This document shows positions 59,151 to 59,567 of a stretch of 59,567 nt of DNA, in pieces. This DNA comes from an uncultured Bacilli bacterium. GTDB taxonomy: Bacteria > Bacillota_I > Bacilli_A > RF39 > UBA660. A program made the translations under genes and the position numbers. The stretch lies in contig CANQPA010000003.1 in assembly GCA_947625635.1 (NCBI GenBank), positions 1 through 59,567 on the forward strand, in the 5' to 3' direction. Below the pieces are notes generated by a model that was not told where the DNA came from, made no database searches, and saw nothing but the letters and a program-made list of their open reading frames with translations. Position 1 is the first letter of the stretch. Each line of letters opens with the position of its first letter.

Positions 59151-59567
59151 TCAAGTATTATAAACATATTTACCATTATGAAATAATTCCCATTCTGCTT
59201 TTCTTCTTCTTGATAATCCAGTTTCAAAACCTTTTCTTATACTTCTATAAAACCAATTTGTATACAGTTCATCAGTATCACCATATTTTTTAAAGGCAGA
59301 TACAAACCCACTTATATTACCAGTATTATACTTCTGTGAAATTAAAGCTTCTATCTGATTATTTGAAAGTACAATTTCATTATTCGCAAGAGTATTTTCA
59401 ATATCACTTCTAGCATCCGCTATAACTTCAAGTTCAACTTGATCAACTATATCAACTGGAATCTTATCTCCAGGATGATAATCATCTGGATTTATTCCAT
59501 ACTTCAAAAAATAATTACCCGTATATTCAAGTGTAAGTCCATGCCCCACAGTTCTTACATCATCTCC
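59151..59567 (-). CDS. GH24 (phage-type) lysozyme domain, 5' part outside the window
   Basis: Frame stays open to the window edge (GDDVRTVGHG); L.NNQIEALIS..YN.G and GLSRRRKAEWELF. Confidence 0.8.
   Translation of the reverse strand, partial: GDDVRTVGHGLTLEYTGNYFLKYGINPDDYHPGDKIPVDIVDQVELEVIADARSDIENTLANNEIVLSNNQIEALISQKYNTGNISGFVSAFKKYGDTDELYTNWFYRSIRKGFETGLSRRRKAEWELFHNGKYVYNT

Noticed and set aside
59151-59567. Prophage lysis module
   Set aside because: No holin or phage genes are in view and the gene is in line with virD4. It cannot be fully excluded because the gene is cut by the window edge.
1-59567. rRNA, tRNA, tmRNA, IS elements, or use of genetic code 4
   Set aside because: None recognised. 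Genes are full length under the standard code and TGA is used as a stop (e.g. smpB, yabP).

Overview
A very AT-rich, gene-dense chromosomal segment. It uses the standard genetic code, GGTGA/GGAGG ribosome-binding sites, and most genes lie on the minus strand. Gene content fits a reduced-genome Bacilli lineage such as the gut RF39/UBA660 group; that taxonomy is inference. The backbone is housekeeping (recG, hemW, lepA, dnaE, ruvAB, gap, clpP, der, rimP-nusA-infB-rbfA, recD2, miaA, queA, greA, smpB, rnr) plus sporulation genes (spoVIF-like, gpr, gerQ, yabP/yabQ, divIC, spoVG). Woven into it is a large surface-appendage repertoire: (i) three tandem ~532-bp type IV pilin units, identical for 64 residues and hypervariable afterwards, each with its own promoter and terminator, near an O-antigen-ligase-like gene; (ii) a second pilin pair, one fused to a CLec-like domain; (iii) two Cys-rich secreted proteins carrying VirB2/TrbC-like pilin hairpins; (iv) a VirD4 plus lysozyme locus at the right edge with no relaxase or integrase in view. 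Together these suggest a dispersed, chromosomal T4P+T4SS cell-contact system. Two unannotated ~95-105 nt small RNA genes with a shared architecture lie near the left edge. Other oddities are a half-length RimP, two deaminases inside the nusA-infB operon, two HPD-less J-domain-like orphans, and homopolymer tracts forming promoter spacers. All calls come from motif recognition; no searches were run.
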